Assembly: GCF_009834535.1 (NCBI RefSeq)
Contig: NC_045698.1
Span: forward strand, 10,542,001-10,606,000
Direction of reading: 5' to 3'
Length of the DNA: 64,000 nucleotides
DNA from: Camelus ferus
Taxonomy: Eukaryota
The notes beneath the pieces were generated by a model. It saw only the letters and a program-made list of their open reading frames with translations. It made no database searches and had not been told where the DNA came from. Both the position numbers and the translations under genes were made by a program. Positions 1 through 12,661 of the stretch are shown piece by piece (positions within the stretch are counted from its first letter, which is position 1; each line of letters begins with the position of its first letter).

Positions 1-87
1 TGTACAGTATGAAAGATGGGCGTCCTTTCCAAAGGAGCTCAGATGCTTGTCCTAAAAGGTAAGTATAAAGAAGTAACTCTATGATAC

Positions 88-838
88 TGTCTTAATTGGC
101 TTGGGCTGCCGTGACAAAACACCATAGACTGGGAGGCTTAAACTACAGAAGTTTATTTTCTCACAGTTCCGGAGGCTAGGAAATCCAAGATCAAGGTGCT
201 GGCTGGTTTGGTTTCTGGTGACAGCTTTCTTTCTGGTTTGCAGATGGCTGTCTTGTGTCCTCCACGGTAGACAGAGAAGTCTGCTGTCTCTTCCTCTTCT
301 TATAAAAGCACCAATCCTGTCAGACTGGGGCCCCACCCTGATGACCTCATTTAACCTCTATCACCTTCTCACAGGCCCTATCTCCAAATTTCTTAGTCAG
401 GTCAAGCTGCTATAACAAACTATCATATACTCGATGGCTTAAATAATTTTATTTCTTACAATTCTGGAGTCTGGAAGTCCAAGATGAGGGTGCCAGTATG
501 ACTGAGTTCTAATGAAAAATCTTTTCTGGTTTTTATATTGCTGACTTCTCCTTATTTCCTCACTTGGCAGAGAGTAGCAGAGAGGAAGAGTAAACTGTCC
601 TTTGACTCTTGTAAGGGCATTAATTTCATTCATGGTTTCTCCACCCTACTGACCTCATTTGGCCCTAATTACCTCCAATGGCCCCCCACCTCCTAACACC
701 ATCCCATTGGAGGACAGGGTTTCAACACATGAATTTTGGGAGGACACATTCAGTTCATATGACCAAATATAGTCATATTGAGGATTAGGGCTTCAACTTA
801 TGAATATGCAGTGGGGGGATATGATTCAGTCCACAGCA
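88..838. mobile_element. MaLR (MLT1-type) solo LTR, interrupted by a second MLT1-type LTR
   Basis: Begins TG at 88 and ends CA at 838. Flanked by a perfect 5-bp TSD GATAC (83-87 and 839-843). Typical MLT1 text such as 'tttattttctcacagttccggaggctaggaaatccaagatcaaggtg'. Confidence 0.88.
389..762. mobile_element. Nested MaLR (MLT1-type) solo LTR
   Basis: Second MLT1-like copy flanked by TSD CCAAA (384-388 and 763-767). The host LTR reads through continuously ('ccctatctccaaa|tatagtcatattg') once it is removed. Confidence 0.85.
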
Positions 839-2324
839 GATACTAAGGTACTAAGGGTATGGAGCTCCACTTTAGAAGCTCTTCAAATAAGTTAAGATTA
901 TCAGCTGCCTGTGTTATTTGTTTAGGATGAAATTACACTTAGCTGGAAGCAAAAGACTGGTTTAATGTTTTCCAGAATTCCAAGTCTTTTTATATTATTC
1001 TCTGTTATTTCCTTATGTATGAAATGGTTTCAATTTCATGATTAAATTTCATCATGGCCTATACTTCTCCCAAAAAAACCTCTTGGGGACAATTTTGGGG
1101 GTTTCTAGGTAAACTATTACTACTGCAAGATATTTTTTAATAAACTATTTCCTCCAGTTTTCCCTGTAAAGTTATTTCTTCTAGTCTCAGAACTGCAAAT
1201 ACACAGTAGGCTCTCCATCCCCAAATCCTGCGTAAAAATAATGAGCACTCCACAATCAAGAAACATACTGAAAAGGGGGATCTTTCAAATAAATACTCAG
1301 GTATTCCTGGAGTAGTTAATTTCTAAGTGAAACTAGATATACTTGCTTCCAAGCCTGGGTACAGTACATGAACCTGTGAAACTAGAATAAACCAAAAAGT
1401 ACCTTTGCTGTGACTACTTTAGAAATTGATGTACAGAACATATTTGAAATCTATTTTTTATTGCTGTGACATTGGGAAATTCCAAATAGTGAAAATACAG
1501 AATGTTTTGACTTTGCTATAAAATATTAGTTTATGGTATTGAAAAGGAAGATGTGCATCCAATTGGTACTAAGTTCCTATTAGAGAATTAAAAAATCAGC
1601 CAATCCAATAAACAAACACTGCAATGCCTCAGCAGTACTCTTAATGAAAAATTACTGTAAATAAGGGCTGAAGTGTCCAAAGAATAGGGACTCAGAGTCT
1701 TTGATGCATTAACTATTCTAGGCAAGGCCACTGAAGAAGCAGTTTGAGATGATTCAAAATGCTACCAAGTCTAAGGACTTACAAGTTATAATACCATCAT
1801 TTTACTCTTAGTTATCTCATTTGGGAATGTTTGATTCTAAGGGGAAGCTGGAAACGGGAATTGTCTCTAGCAATGTTATTACACAGGCTTTTACTTAAGC
1901 TTAGTTTTGTGTTATTATTTATTCATCCTGACATAAAAATAGGCTAATTGTAATTATATCATAGTTCATTGTCTTACTTCTCACGACTTCCTCTAAGAAA
2001 TTCAGATTTAGTCTTTGACTTATTCAGTTTAACACACCTGCTTTCTAATAATTTAGTTCAGTAATATCAGTAAAAAAATTGTGGGCATTTCCAATATGCA
2101 CTTACACATTAAAAATATACACATGTACCTCTGTGTTTATTTACTATAAAACATACACACAACACACTTTTTTAAAGATTAGATAAAGATGAAATACTTA
2201 ACATTTAAATTATAATTTTTCTATTGAAGTACAAAATAAGAACAATATGACTAGACATTCTTCTTTATGTTGGAAAGTCTTGGTTTATCACTTTGTGACG
2301 TGGTATTTGAGTTTGATTTTTTTC

Positions 2325-2822
2325 TAATATAACAGACTTTCTTTGAAATAGTTTTAGACATACAGAAAAATGGAGAAGATAGTACAGAGTTCCTATGTAC
2401 CCTGTACCCAATTTCTCCTATTACTAACATCATACATTAGCATGGTACATTTATTACACTTAATGAACCAAAACTGATACACTCTTATTAACTAAAGTCC
2501 ATAGTTTATTCAGACTTCCTAACCTAACGTCTTTTTCTGTTCCAGGATCCCACCCAGAATACCACATTACATTTATTTGTCACACCTCCTTAGGTTCCTC
2601 TTGACCAACAGCTCCTCAGACTTTTCTTGTTTTGGATGGCCTTAACAGTTTTGAAGAGCACTGGCCAAGAAATTTTTAGGATGCCCCCTAATGGAATTCG
2701 TAATTTGTCTGACATTCTTCTCACAACTAGACTGGAGTTATGGGTTTTTGGAAGATCACAGAGGTGTGGGGCCATTTTCGTCACATCATACCAAGGTTAC
2801 ACACCAATCACATGATTTATAA
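2325..2822 (-). mobile_element. Old L1 (L1MC-like) 3' UTR fragment
   Basis: Recognisable antisense L1MC 3'-end text ('ttttagacatacagaaaa...aatgaacc...taactaaagtccatagtttattcag...ttctgttccaggatccc'). Boundaries approximate. Confidence 0.7.
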
Positions 2823-2824
2823 CT

Positions 2825-5045
2825 GAGCTCAGGCCACATGGTAACTTTCCGGTCCACTGGTAAGGATTCAGCCTCTACAAAGGTCCATTAGTAAGCCAAA
2901 AGCTGTTTTTCAAAAGGAGAGTAGTTATCCTCAGAGGATGGCAGGATTTTGCCCCAAAATTCTAAGGGTTTGCATTGTGATTCACTTACAGGTACTTGCC
3001 AAAGACTCCAAATATCACCTGTCTGCCACTTCAAGCACCACTGGATCCACTGAGTCATCTGACCCACGTGGAACAGCAACGTGCACAACAGCCAGGACCT
3101 GTTGCCGAGACTTCCCTTCTCTCACTGTGGGTGACGCCTTTTATTTATTTATTTTTAATAGTAGGAGGTGCTAGATGTAACAACTTACCCTTCACCTTAG
3201 AAGTGATGTCTTGAAATGCTCCACTCCACTGGACCCCTAGAAATTTCAGAGGTACAAGGCCTCTGAATTTGGGGGGATTTATTTCCCATCCTCTGATATG
3301 CAAATACCTTACAAATACGTGTATAGTAATTGCTACTTCCTGCCTACCAGGACCAACCAGCATATCATTATCAGTGTAACGGGCCAGCACGATGTTCTGC
3401 GGAAGGGGAAGGAGGTCCCTGAAGACTAAATCATGACATGGGACTGAAGAGCTGATGTACCTTGTGGCAGAACAGTAAAGGCGTGTTGCTGACTTGTCTG
3501 TTGATTCCTTCTAGTGGTCTTTTATGACACGTGTAATTGGAAAAAGCTTTTACCAGATCAATAGCTGTATACTAGGTACTAGGAAATGTGTTGAGTTGCT
3601 CAAGCAATGAAACCACATCTGGAATAGCAGTGCAACTGGAATCACCACAAAATCAGATTTATGAAAATCCACTGTCATTCCCCAAGATCCAACTGTCTTC
3701 TGTCAAATAGGTGAGTCGAAAAAGGATGTGGTGGGTATCACAACCTTTGCAACTTTCAAGTTCTTGACAGTAATGCTAATCTTTGCAATCCCTCCAAAAA
3801 CGTGGTATTGTTTTGGCTTATGTTTTTATAGCTTAGCAACAGTTCTAATGGCTTCCATTTGTCCCTTCCTATATTAACAACCTTCACTCTACAGGTGAGG
3901 GGACCAATGTGGGGATTCTGCCAATTGCTGAGTATGTCTATTTTTTTATGCATTCTGGAACTGGGGAAATAACCACAGGATGTGTTCAGAGATGCACTGG
4001 GCCTAATGTAAGATGGACCTGAGCTAAAATTCCACTGATCACTCGACCTTCACAAGTCCATACTCTGATAGGTAGACAGTGATGTTCAGGTTTCCATGAA
4101 TTAGTGTTAAGTCAGAGCCACTGCCTACTAATCCCCCAGAAGTCTGGTTATTTCCTTTCCCTCAGTGCACAGTCACTCCAGCAAATGACTATAGGGTCCT
4201 TTGCAGAAGGCTGGGGAAGAAATTAACATTATAAATTTTTGGCAATGAAGTAGGGTCCTTCCTCAAGAAAACCTAACCTTCCCTTCTTTCAAAGAGTTCT
4301 GGGTATGTAAATTGGCTCAAGTCTGAGAACTGATTGAAGGACTGCGATTCTCCATTTTGGTGATGCAAGTTGGGATTTCTGTTCATAGACCTAGAACTCT
4401 TCTGCTTATAAAGACCAAGTAGGAGGGGGAGGGTATAGCTCTGTGGTATAGCATGTGCTTAGCATGCAAGAGGTCCTGTGTTCAATCCCTGGTACCTCCA
4501 CTAAAAATAATAAATAAATACATAAACCTAATTACCATCCCTCCTCCCCCTGCACCAAATAAAAATAAATTTAAATAAATTTAAAAAAAGACTAAGTAGG
4601 AATTTAGTAATTATCCATTTATTTCTTTTCTAGGGACACCACTATCAATTGGCTAATATCACAGGTCTCAGTGAGTCAGACAATTTTGACTATTGTTTTG
4701 TCCATTACAGTAACTGCACTGGTCCCACATTGCCACCCTGAGATCCCACTATCCCCACTGCATTTTGGAATTTCATTTGATGGTACCAGTCTCTACTGTA
4801 AGATACATCTGATTACAGAGAAGAGCAACTGCAGATCCCATCAAGGATGCTGGGACTTCACAAATAATTTCTCACAGTCATGGTGAAGCATAATGTCCTC
4901 TGGCTCCCTCCTGGGGTGGGTGAGAAGGTTTTCCAATGATAAATCCACTCTAACATTTCAGTCTTCTCAAATCTTTGGATATCTTCCTCTACAGTCTCCC
5001 AGGCAGTTCTGGCACTTCAATTTCATTTATTGTAGGCACTTTCAG
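2825..5045 (-). mobile_element. Degenerate ERV-L internal region (gag-pro-pol remnant)
   Basis: Broken - strand ORFs give ERV-L pol-like peptides: 'DILSNWQNPHIGPLTCRVK...KWKPLEL' (protease end), 'RYTDNDMLVG...GWEINPPKF...KFLGVQW...KVKGKLLHLAPPT' (RT, with YIDD degraded) and 'KPLEFWGKILPSSEDNYSPFEKQLLA' (connection region). Multiple frameshifts and stops. Confidence 0.85.
4425..4586 (+). mobile_element. tRNA-Ala-derived SINE (camelid Vic-1-like) inserted in the ERV-L
   Basis: 'gggggagggtatagctctgtggtatagcatgtgcttagcatgcaagaggtcctgtgttcaatccctggtacctcc' with A/B-box-like segments and an A-rich tail. 15-bp TSD aaagac[c/t]aagtagga at 4410-4424 and 4587-4601. Confidence 0.88.
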
Positions 5046-5302
5046 GTGGATGGAAGTTAAGTAATCAATGGAAGTTTTGCTCAGGTCCTTCTCACAGTGG
5101 ACCCATTGGGTCCCCAAACCTATCTTGTGGTTATTTTCTCACTTTCACAGGCATAGTAGGAAAAGACATACTAACAATCAATGAAACAAACTGGTAAGCC
5201 TTATCTAACCCTTTGAAATAAAATGTATCTAGAACATCTGCTTAGCCCTCCTTACCAATAAATTTGGCCTGATAGCATTTTATAATCCTTCATCTTTATC
5301 CC

Positions 5303-5739
5303 TGTATTAGTTTCCTAGGGTTGTTGCAGCAAAGCACCCCAAACTGAGTGGATTAAAACAAATGTAATTTATTTTCTTGCAGTTCTGGAAGCTAGATATC
5401 TGAAATCAAGTTGTCAGTAGGTCCATGCTTATTCTGAAGGCTCTTTAGAATATTTCCCTGCCTTTTCCCAGCTACTAGTGGCTCCTGGCATTTCTTGGCT
5501 TCTAGCTACATCACCACAATCTCTGCCTCCATCTTCACATGTCCTTATTTCTTCTGTGCCTAAATACTCTGAATCATCTCGTCTTTTATAAGGACACCAG
5601 ACATTAGATTGAGGGTCCATGCTAATCCTGCACATCTCATTTTAACTGATTACATCTGCAAAGAACCTATACCCAAATAAGGTCATATTGAGGCTCCAGC
5701 TGGACATGAATTTTAGGGGACATAAGTCATCCCACTATA
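5303..5739. mobile_element. MaLR (MLT1-type) solo LTR
   Basis: Starts 'tgtattagtttcctaggg' with an MLT1-type body. TSD ATCCC at 5298-5302 and 5740-5744. Confidence 0.85.
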
Positions 5740-6369
5740 ATCCCACACCCTTAATATCCATACAAAATTTAACTGTATATTCTTTTGTATGCTCTGAATT
5801 TTTTTTAGCATGTGCATTTATTACTTTTTCAAATATAATTAAAGGGGGAAATCCATCACTGTTCTCTGCCTTAAAATACAAGTATTCTTTCTATCCGGTT
5901 TCTCCCTCTGATGCCAACTACTACTTAGACTCCCTACACTGGTCTTCCTGTCTTGTCTTTTCCCAGTCTTTTCTCTAACTGCACACAACTGCGGTATTTC
6001 AAAATAATCTCCTCCTTCCGGCCTTTCAAGGAGGATCAAGCACAAGTACCCTAATTAGCCAAAGGTGGCTTTTTCAAGATCTGGTCTCCAGCACCCTTCT
6101 CGAAACAAGCTTTGTTTCTTCTTTCAGTAAAATCCCCTGTTATATATCGGTTTTGCCCCAGAACTACTCGTAGGTTTCTGAACTGCCCATGCCACTCCCT
6201 TCCTCCACACTTTGGTCCTGAGCTGCTTGCACTCATGACCGCTGCTCAACGTCAGCGGCTACTACGCTATTCCCTCCCCAGTCATGAAACATTGTCTTCT
6301 GATCTTTGAAGCCTGTTAATATTTCCCTTCGCCCTTGCTCCTCGTAAACCAAATTTCCTATAAGAAAGA

Positions 6370-7440
6370 ACGTAGTTCAGGAACACACCGTGCTGCGCTG
6401 GCTCACCTGTCGGGCAGAACCATTTCGCTCTTCCCGCCCTCACGGAAGGGAAGGACTGTAACTCCCAGCCCTGGAGCCGCCAAGCCCGACCACGCACCGA
6501 AGGCTAAAGGCCGCCGGGCCCCGGGGACGGGTGGGTGGTGACGGACCTGTCACACCGGAGAGGCCAGGCCATCCACTCGGCCCACATCCCTCCCTCCACA
6601 GCCAGGCAAACCCCGTCGGCGGAAGGCGAGGCTCCGAAGCCAGGAGAGACACTGTAAGAGACGCCCAAATATGTCAGCGCCCTTTACATCTCAAGGCCGG
6701 CCTTCCTCCGCCTCACCGAGGAGCGTCCTCGCCGCTAGTCCAGTGCTTTTCCCTCTCCCACCACGGCCCGGTCCCTGGGGACTCGGAAGCGCCAAGATAT
6801 CTAGAGCGATAAGCGCGCGCCGGAGACTCTAGGGCCGACTGGCGGCGCGCCCGGGGGCGGAGCATGCGCAGCAGCCGCTCCGCGTGGGCCGTCTTCGTCT
6901 CGGGCGTCTGGCCGGCGCAGGCGCATGCGCAGGCTTCGGGGCTCAAGGCGCCCCGCCCTCCCGGGCCGCGCCCCCTCGCCGCGGGTCAGAGGCCGCGGGG
7001 CGGGAGGTGGTGACGGGCGCGGAAGCGTTGCGTGCACCCTCGGAAGCCGGCGGGCGGCAGAGCAGCGGCGGCCACGGCCGGGCGCCCCGACCGGAGGGGC
7101 TCTGGATCGCTGGAGGCGGCTGAATCCCTGCGGCGGCGCCGCCGGCGGCGGCGGCGGCCCCATGAATCGCGGGACCATGCCTCAGCCCGGAGCGTGTCCG
7201 GGCGCGAGCTGCGCCGAGAAGCCGGTGCGGGAGGCGGGGGCCGCGGCTCCGGAGGGCAGGAAGGCGGCGGCCGGTGGGCTGCCGCGGACCAAGCTGCGGT
7301 GCCCAGCTGAGCAGTGAGTGCAGGACGCGGGCTGGGCACGGCGGGGGCGGGAGGGGACACTGGGCTCGGTCCCCTCAGAAAGGCTTGGGGGGCGTGGGGC
7401 CGGCAGGGGTGTAGCAGCGTGGGGCCCTTCCCACCTCGGC
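6370..7440. promoter_or_regulatory. OTULIN: CpG island / OTULIN promoter and exon 1
   Basis: Very high GC and CpG density around exon 1. NRF1 palindrome GCGCATGCGC at 6921-6930, GC boxes (ccccgccc at 6951, ggggcggg at ~6997) and ETS-type CGGAAG at 7020-7025 and 7041-7046. No TATA box is obvious. Confidence 0.9.
7162..7313 (+). CDS. OTULIN: OTULIN exon 1 coding part (152 nt)
   Basis: MNRGTMPQPGACPGASCAEKPVRE...RCPAE(H) matches the OTULIN N-terminus. Donor CA|gtgagt at 7314. Confidence 0.95.
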
Positions 7441-10400
7441 TTCTAAGTAAGGTTAGCGACAGACAGGAATCTGAAGACACTCGTCCAGTGTCCCCGTACA
7501 GAAGTTTTCCCGGAAGGCCCGTCTTGAAATTCTGTTTATCCATTGCCTCTACCCCACCCGCTATTTTGACATCTCCATAGCTTTAACGTTAAAGAAAACT
7601 CCAGAAACTTGGGGAAGAAACTCTAGAAGCAGATTGTTTGAAAACTCATTCCTATTAGATCTTTCCTCCAACCTGGTGCGGGAAGGAAGTAAGGTTGTCA
7701 CTGTCACAGGCACAGGAAAGCTGAGCCACGCGACATGTTTGTTCTTGGAAGGCAAGTCGCCGCTTGATGAGTGTCCCACCTGTTGGACAGACTTTGGACG
7801 GAGTCTGACCCAGTTCTGTTTTGCCAGTTAGCGGCTTAACTAGATATCCTCAACCCTCTTTGTTTTTAAATCTGAAAGGCAGTGTTGGTTAGATCAATGA
7901 TTTATTGAACTGTAAAGAAGGTGGCGTAAATCAGGGAAGTTTAGAGTTTCTGCAAAGAAAGGGACGGAAGCAGAATTACAAACTTGAAGGCTGAAACTTC
8001 TCTGCACTTTCAAGTTCTAGTCATATATAAATGCCTTTGGAATTCCAAAAGTGACAAAAGCACTCGAATAACCAGTTTGACAGATATCTTAATTGACCAG
8101 AAATTCCACTTTTTCTCCCCATTTCCTAAAAAGGGGTTCTAGGAGTGGGGACTGTTATTGCAGATATTGTAATAATTCTCACTTACATGCTTCTTTTCTG
8201 TGGGCTTTGACATTCTCATTTACAGAGCACCCAAACCCCTTGAGATAGTGTTACCCACACGGTTAATGGCCCCTGGGAAAGATTTAGAGCAGAAAGTCTT
8301 AAACTCCTGCCCTCAGGAGCTAGGCACATAACTGAAGTGAGTGAAGCTGGGTAGGTGCAGTCTGTGGATTCCTGGAGAGCTGGGTCCGTTCGGGCTGGGT
8401 CTACCAAGTTTTGGCCTCTAGTTGCTGGGTTTTCTGTATTTAAAGAGTTCAGATATTCTAAAATGTTCTGGTTTTCAAACAGTAGCATTTTTTTTTTATT
8501 TTTAAATCAAAACCACTGTGTAGGCCCATGTGTGAGCTGATGTGACCTGTGGCTGCTGTTTTGCTCCCTGGGTTTGAGACCTGCCTCAGCCTCTGCAGCG
8601 GGTAAAGTGCCTTTACCCCTTCCCAGCCCAGGCTAGTTCTTAACTGCTGCTGCCAGGCTGGCTGCTGCTACCTTGCTCATGCCCTGGTGGTCTGAGCTGG
8701 GCCCCCGCCTAGTGGCCCTGGCCCTCAGATGCTGCTTCTCAGCCTCAGCAGTTTCATGCCTCCCAGGAGATGTGGAAACTTGGAAATCAGAACCACAGTC
8801 CCCAACATGTGCATAGTTATTTGGCAAGTTTTTCTGCTGTGTGTGGTTCCCAGAGCCTGAGCACCTGGGGAAATGGGTCATGGTGCGAAAGGAACACTCT
8901 TTCCTGATGGGAAGGTTTTGTGGCACAGTGGCTACTGACTGTCAATAGAATTATAGGCTTAGAGCTGAAAGGAATCTAAAAATCCCCGGCCTAGGTTTGT
9001 CATTTTACACATTAGGAAAACGACTTGCAGATTTGATAGGTGCAGCCTGTCCAGGGAGTAGGCTTCAGGGCCAGGTTCCCTGATGCCTGGGTAGGAACCT
9101 CCCCACTATTTCTCTCTGACTTCCTCAGCAACACTAGGCAGAGGGATGTGACTTCTGATGACGGCCGACTTTACTTTTTTTTTTTTTTTTTCCTGGAATA
9201 GATGTTCCAATTTACTGTTTTATTTCATAGCGTAGTTGCTTTTTCTTCCTATTTTTGTTGTCTTTGGCCATCTCATTCTCTTTTAAGTCTCATAAGAGAG
9301 CAAGGGGGAGTAAGGGAAAGAGGTGACAATAACTTCAAATGTCAACATCTTACGTTTTGGGCTTTCTTGCTTAATATGTGGGCAGTGGGGTTACTTCTCC
9401 TTGCTCTGTGATATTTTCTCAAGGGCTGGAGCAGCCATACTGCATTACATAAACATTGCTTATTATATAGTTTGCAATATGATGTGTGCACATCAGCTTT
9501 TACATGGTGATGTATGCAACCTAATAGTTGAGTGTAGATTTAAATAAATAAAGTAATGCCTGAATTAAGTCGTCAAATAGTTTTTAAACCTTATGTTTTT
9601 CTGTCATTGGAGCCAGTCCCTTCTTCCCACCCAGAGAATTGGGTTTGCCCAGCACACGAATTGAGTAAAATTTTTGCACCTGGAAATATGAAATACTGTA
9701 AGATGCAGATATTTTGAGATAATTTGCAAAGGCATTTAAATACATTCAGTAGATAGCAATTGTGAATACAAATCATAGCCCAACTTTTGCAGCCATTGCT
9801 CACTCAGGCTGTGACTCTTTGAGGGGTGCAGTGATGGGTACGGGAAGGGATGGCTCATTTCCTGGGCAGCTCTGTAGAATACTGATTCCTTTTGACTGAG
9901 ATCACTGTGTTTTGGAAGGGAAATAGTGGAGAAGAAAGACATAAAAACCATATGGATAAGCTACTTTCTAAATCTCTTTCCTTCCTTTTCTTTCTTTCCT
10001 TTTTTTCTTAGTTCACTTGAGAGCTGTGGTTGGCTGGCATTCCTTGGACAAGCCATATGGATGGCTCACAAGATGACTTAGGGTTCCTTTTGAAGAAGTA
10101 TTGGGCCAGACCAGATTTTGTTGACTTTCTGGGGAACTCCTGCTGTCAGCAGGTCTCCTATACTCTGTCCTCTGCTCACTTGACCTGTACAATTGCAACT
10201 TATGCTGTGTCTACTTCTTGCTCTTAACTAAGCCAATACTACAGTCCTTGAGGATCAGAATGGTCCTGGGACATGGTTGGTGGCCAGGCTTGACATCCTT
10301 AGAGAATTGAGAAATGAGGCTGCTCCATCCGTGGTCCTTCTTTATCTGCCTGTCAGTGGGACAGGGCTTGAATCTGGGGTCCACAGGCTTGCTGTGTGTA

Positions 10401-12661
10401 GAAAGGAACATGTGTCTTTGTACCCCTCTGAAATTGAAGAAAGAATTATATGTATATTTATGTTTTTCTGGACTGAGATTCTGATGAAAGCTGTAGATTA
10501 TCAAAAGAGCTGTGAACAGCAGCTTGTTAAACCGTTGTTCTCAGGTGTTGCTATTTGTACTATTGTGCAGATTTGTTTTCCCACCCATCTCACACCTTAG
10601 CAGCCTTAGAGGGCTATTTTTGGTGGGGTAACAGCTACACCCTCCTGCCCTTTCCCCCACCTGAGGGTAGAACCTGCTTCAGGGCTGGGATGTCTCTGAG
10701 AAACCTCATTGTGGAGGGTGTCATGTGGAGTAGCAATGAGCCAGTCGTGGAAAGTCCACTTGCAGGAAGGAGGTGGAATCTTGGCCTGGGTGCCGGTACT
10801 TTCCTGCATTTGATGTGTTGTTCACTCATCTATACAACCGCTAAGAGGTGAAGACAGGCTGGGTTGAGTGGTCTTTACTTTTCCTGTGCCTGTGTGGGAT
10901 GGTGCATTGGTGTCACAGTGGTTGACACTGTCTCACCAGCACTGCCTGGGCCATTAGTCTTCTAGGACAGGCCAAGTTAAGCATGAACTGCAGCGTTCAA
11001 GTCCAGAGAGCTGAGCAAAGTCATACTCAATTTAGCTTTTTCAGATAACTAAGGGGAACTTGGCGCAAATGTTCATAACGGTGAGTGATTAAAATGCTGT
11101 CTTGTTAGCTTTGCATATACGTTAGAATTGACTTTTTTCATATCATGTATATACTTGCATCAGAAATTGAAAAATTGACTTCACAGGAATGCCTTCTGCT
11201 TCACGGAGCTCTGTGTTTTTAGCTTACACTTTTGTTTTGGGAAATAGTATAATTTTGTCTATATGTAGTAAGCATTTTTAAATTAAGTTTTCAAACATCT
11301 GTTATGCAAGTCTTTGAACAGAAAGTGGAAGGTTATAATTTAGTATGCAAGGTCATGTAACTTACTCAATGATGTGTATTGTCTTAATATTAAGAATGAA
11401 GTATTTCATCTCTAAGAGAAAATGAGAGTTTGAAAATACACACTTTAAAATAACATGATGCTAAACCAATAATTTTCTAAGTAGGAATTATTAGCATTTT
11501 GGTTTTAAAATTTGACTGTGTAATTGAGTATGACTCACATGCCATGGTCCCCAAGAAATCAAGGCACATTTAAGACTTTGTCTTACTTTTCTACACTACT
11601 TTTCTAGTGATCTGTATGTTTTCTAGAAGGAAACTTTGCTATGGTGATCATTCGAGCCTGTGTACTTCAGTGGCCTCTTTTGTGCCAAATGCTGGTCACT
11701 CTTCACTCCCACCCCAACCTGACGCACACAAAAGATTGCCAAGTTTCTGAAACTGGTCAGCATGGAGGAGTTTATCTTATCATGTAATAGCCCCTTTCCT
11801 TTCATTGTTTTGCCCTCTTCCCTTCCCATAACAAAAATTTAAACCTCTAGCTATTTTAGATTCCCAACTGTGAATCTAATTTTGTTCTGTTGTTGTTTCA
11901 GTTTTAATATTTTGCTGCTTAAAAAAGTTAAAGCAAAAATTTATTCAGTGAAGTATTTTCTTAAATAAAGGGTTTTTAAAATTTTTCTTGTTTTCACACA
12001 CCTTTCTGTCTTTCCAGTTGATTGTCCTTATGTTGGATGTGTTTCATTTTGGCTGGTAAATGTCTACTCTTCTGACCATATCAATTGAATTTTATTCCTT
12101 GAACCTATAACTTATCCTCTCTCCAAGGAAACACAGCTTTAGGATCATTTTCAAAGTGGCCTTTAAAGACCATATTATAGTTTCCCTGGTGGCCCTGGCA
12201 AGTTAGCAGATGTCCTTGGTTACATGTCCTTGGTGAATGGCCATGGACAAACAAGTAAGCAAACATTTGTGCATGGGATCAGAATGAAATCTAGTTGTGG
12301 CTGAAGTAATTTGAATATACTCTGGGCCTCCCATTCAACAGTTTCTGCTTTAATTTGTTTGTATGTCTTCAATCACTACTTTTTTTATTTCCAGTAATCT
12401 TCCTTTCTGCTCTGTCTTCCCTTTGGCTTCTCATGTTGACTTCGTTTTATTCCTCTCCTGTTGGTCTCTGGGAATTCGTGTTTGCGGCTGTACACAGAGA
12501 TGCTTGTTTAGAGAGCCTCTTCTTGGGCGCTGGTGTTGCCGTTGCACTTTGGCTATTTTGTGGATTAGACAGAAGGAGGACAAGAGTGGAGGCGGAGACG
12601 CATGCCCACAGCCACAGAATTCGCTTGAAGTAACATGTTTACGGACAAATAGATTCATAGT

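Noticed and set aside
2888..3953. ERV-L pol ORFs as a possible domesticated retroviral gene
   Set aside because: They are fragmented by frameshifts and stops, the RT YIDD motif is degraded to YTDN, and a SINE interrupts the upstream region.
4425..4500. tRNA-like sequences here and at 60972-61047 and 61143-61217 as tRNA genes
   Set aside because: They have A-rich tails, TSDs and degraded stems, so they are SINEs rather than functional tRNAs.
6925..7161. In-frame upstream ATG that would add 79 aa to the OTULIN N-terminus
   Set aside because: The ATG lies inside the NRF1 motif of the promoter, probably upstream of the TSS. Stop-free frames are expected in a CpG island.
6282..7580. Many overlapping Arg/Pro/Gly/Ala-rich ORFs on both strands
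   Set aside because: These are artefacts of extreme GC content in the CpG island.
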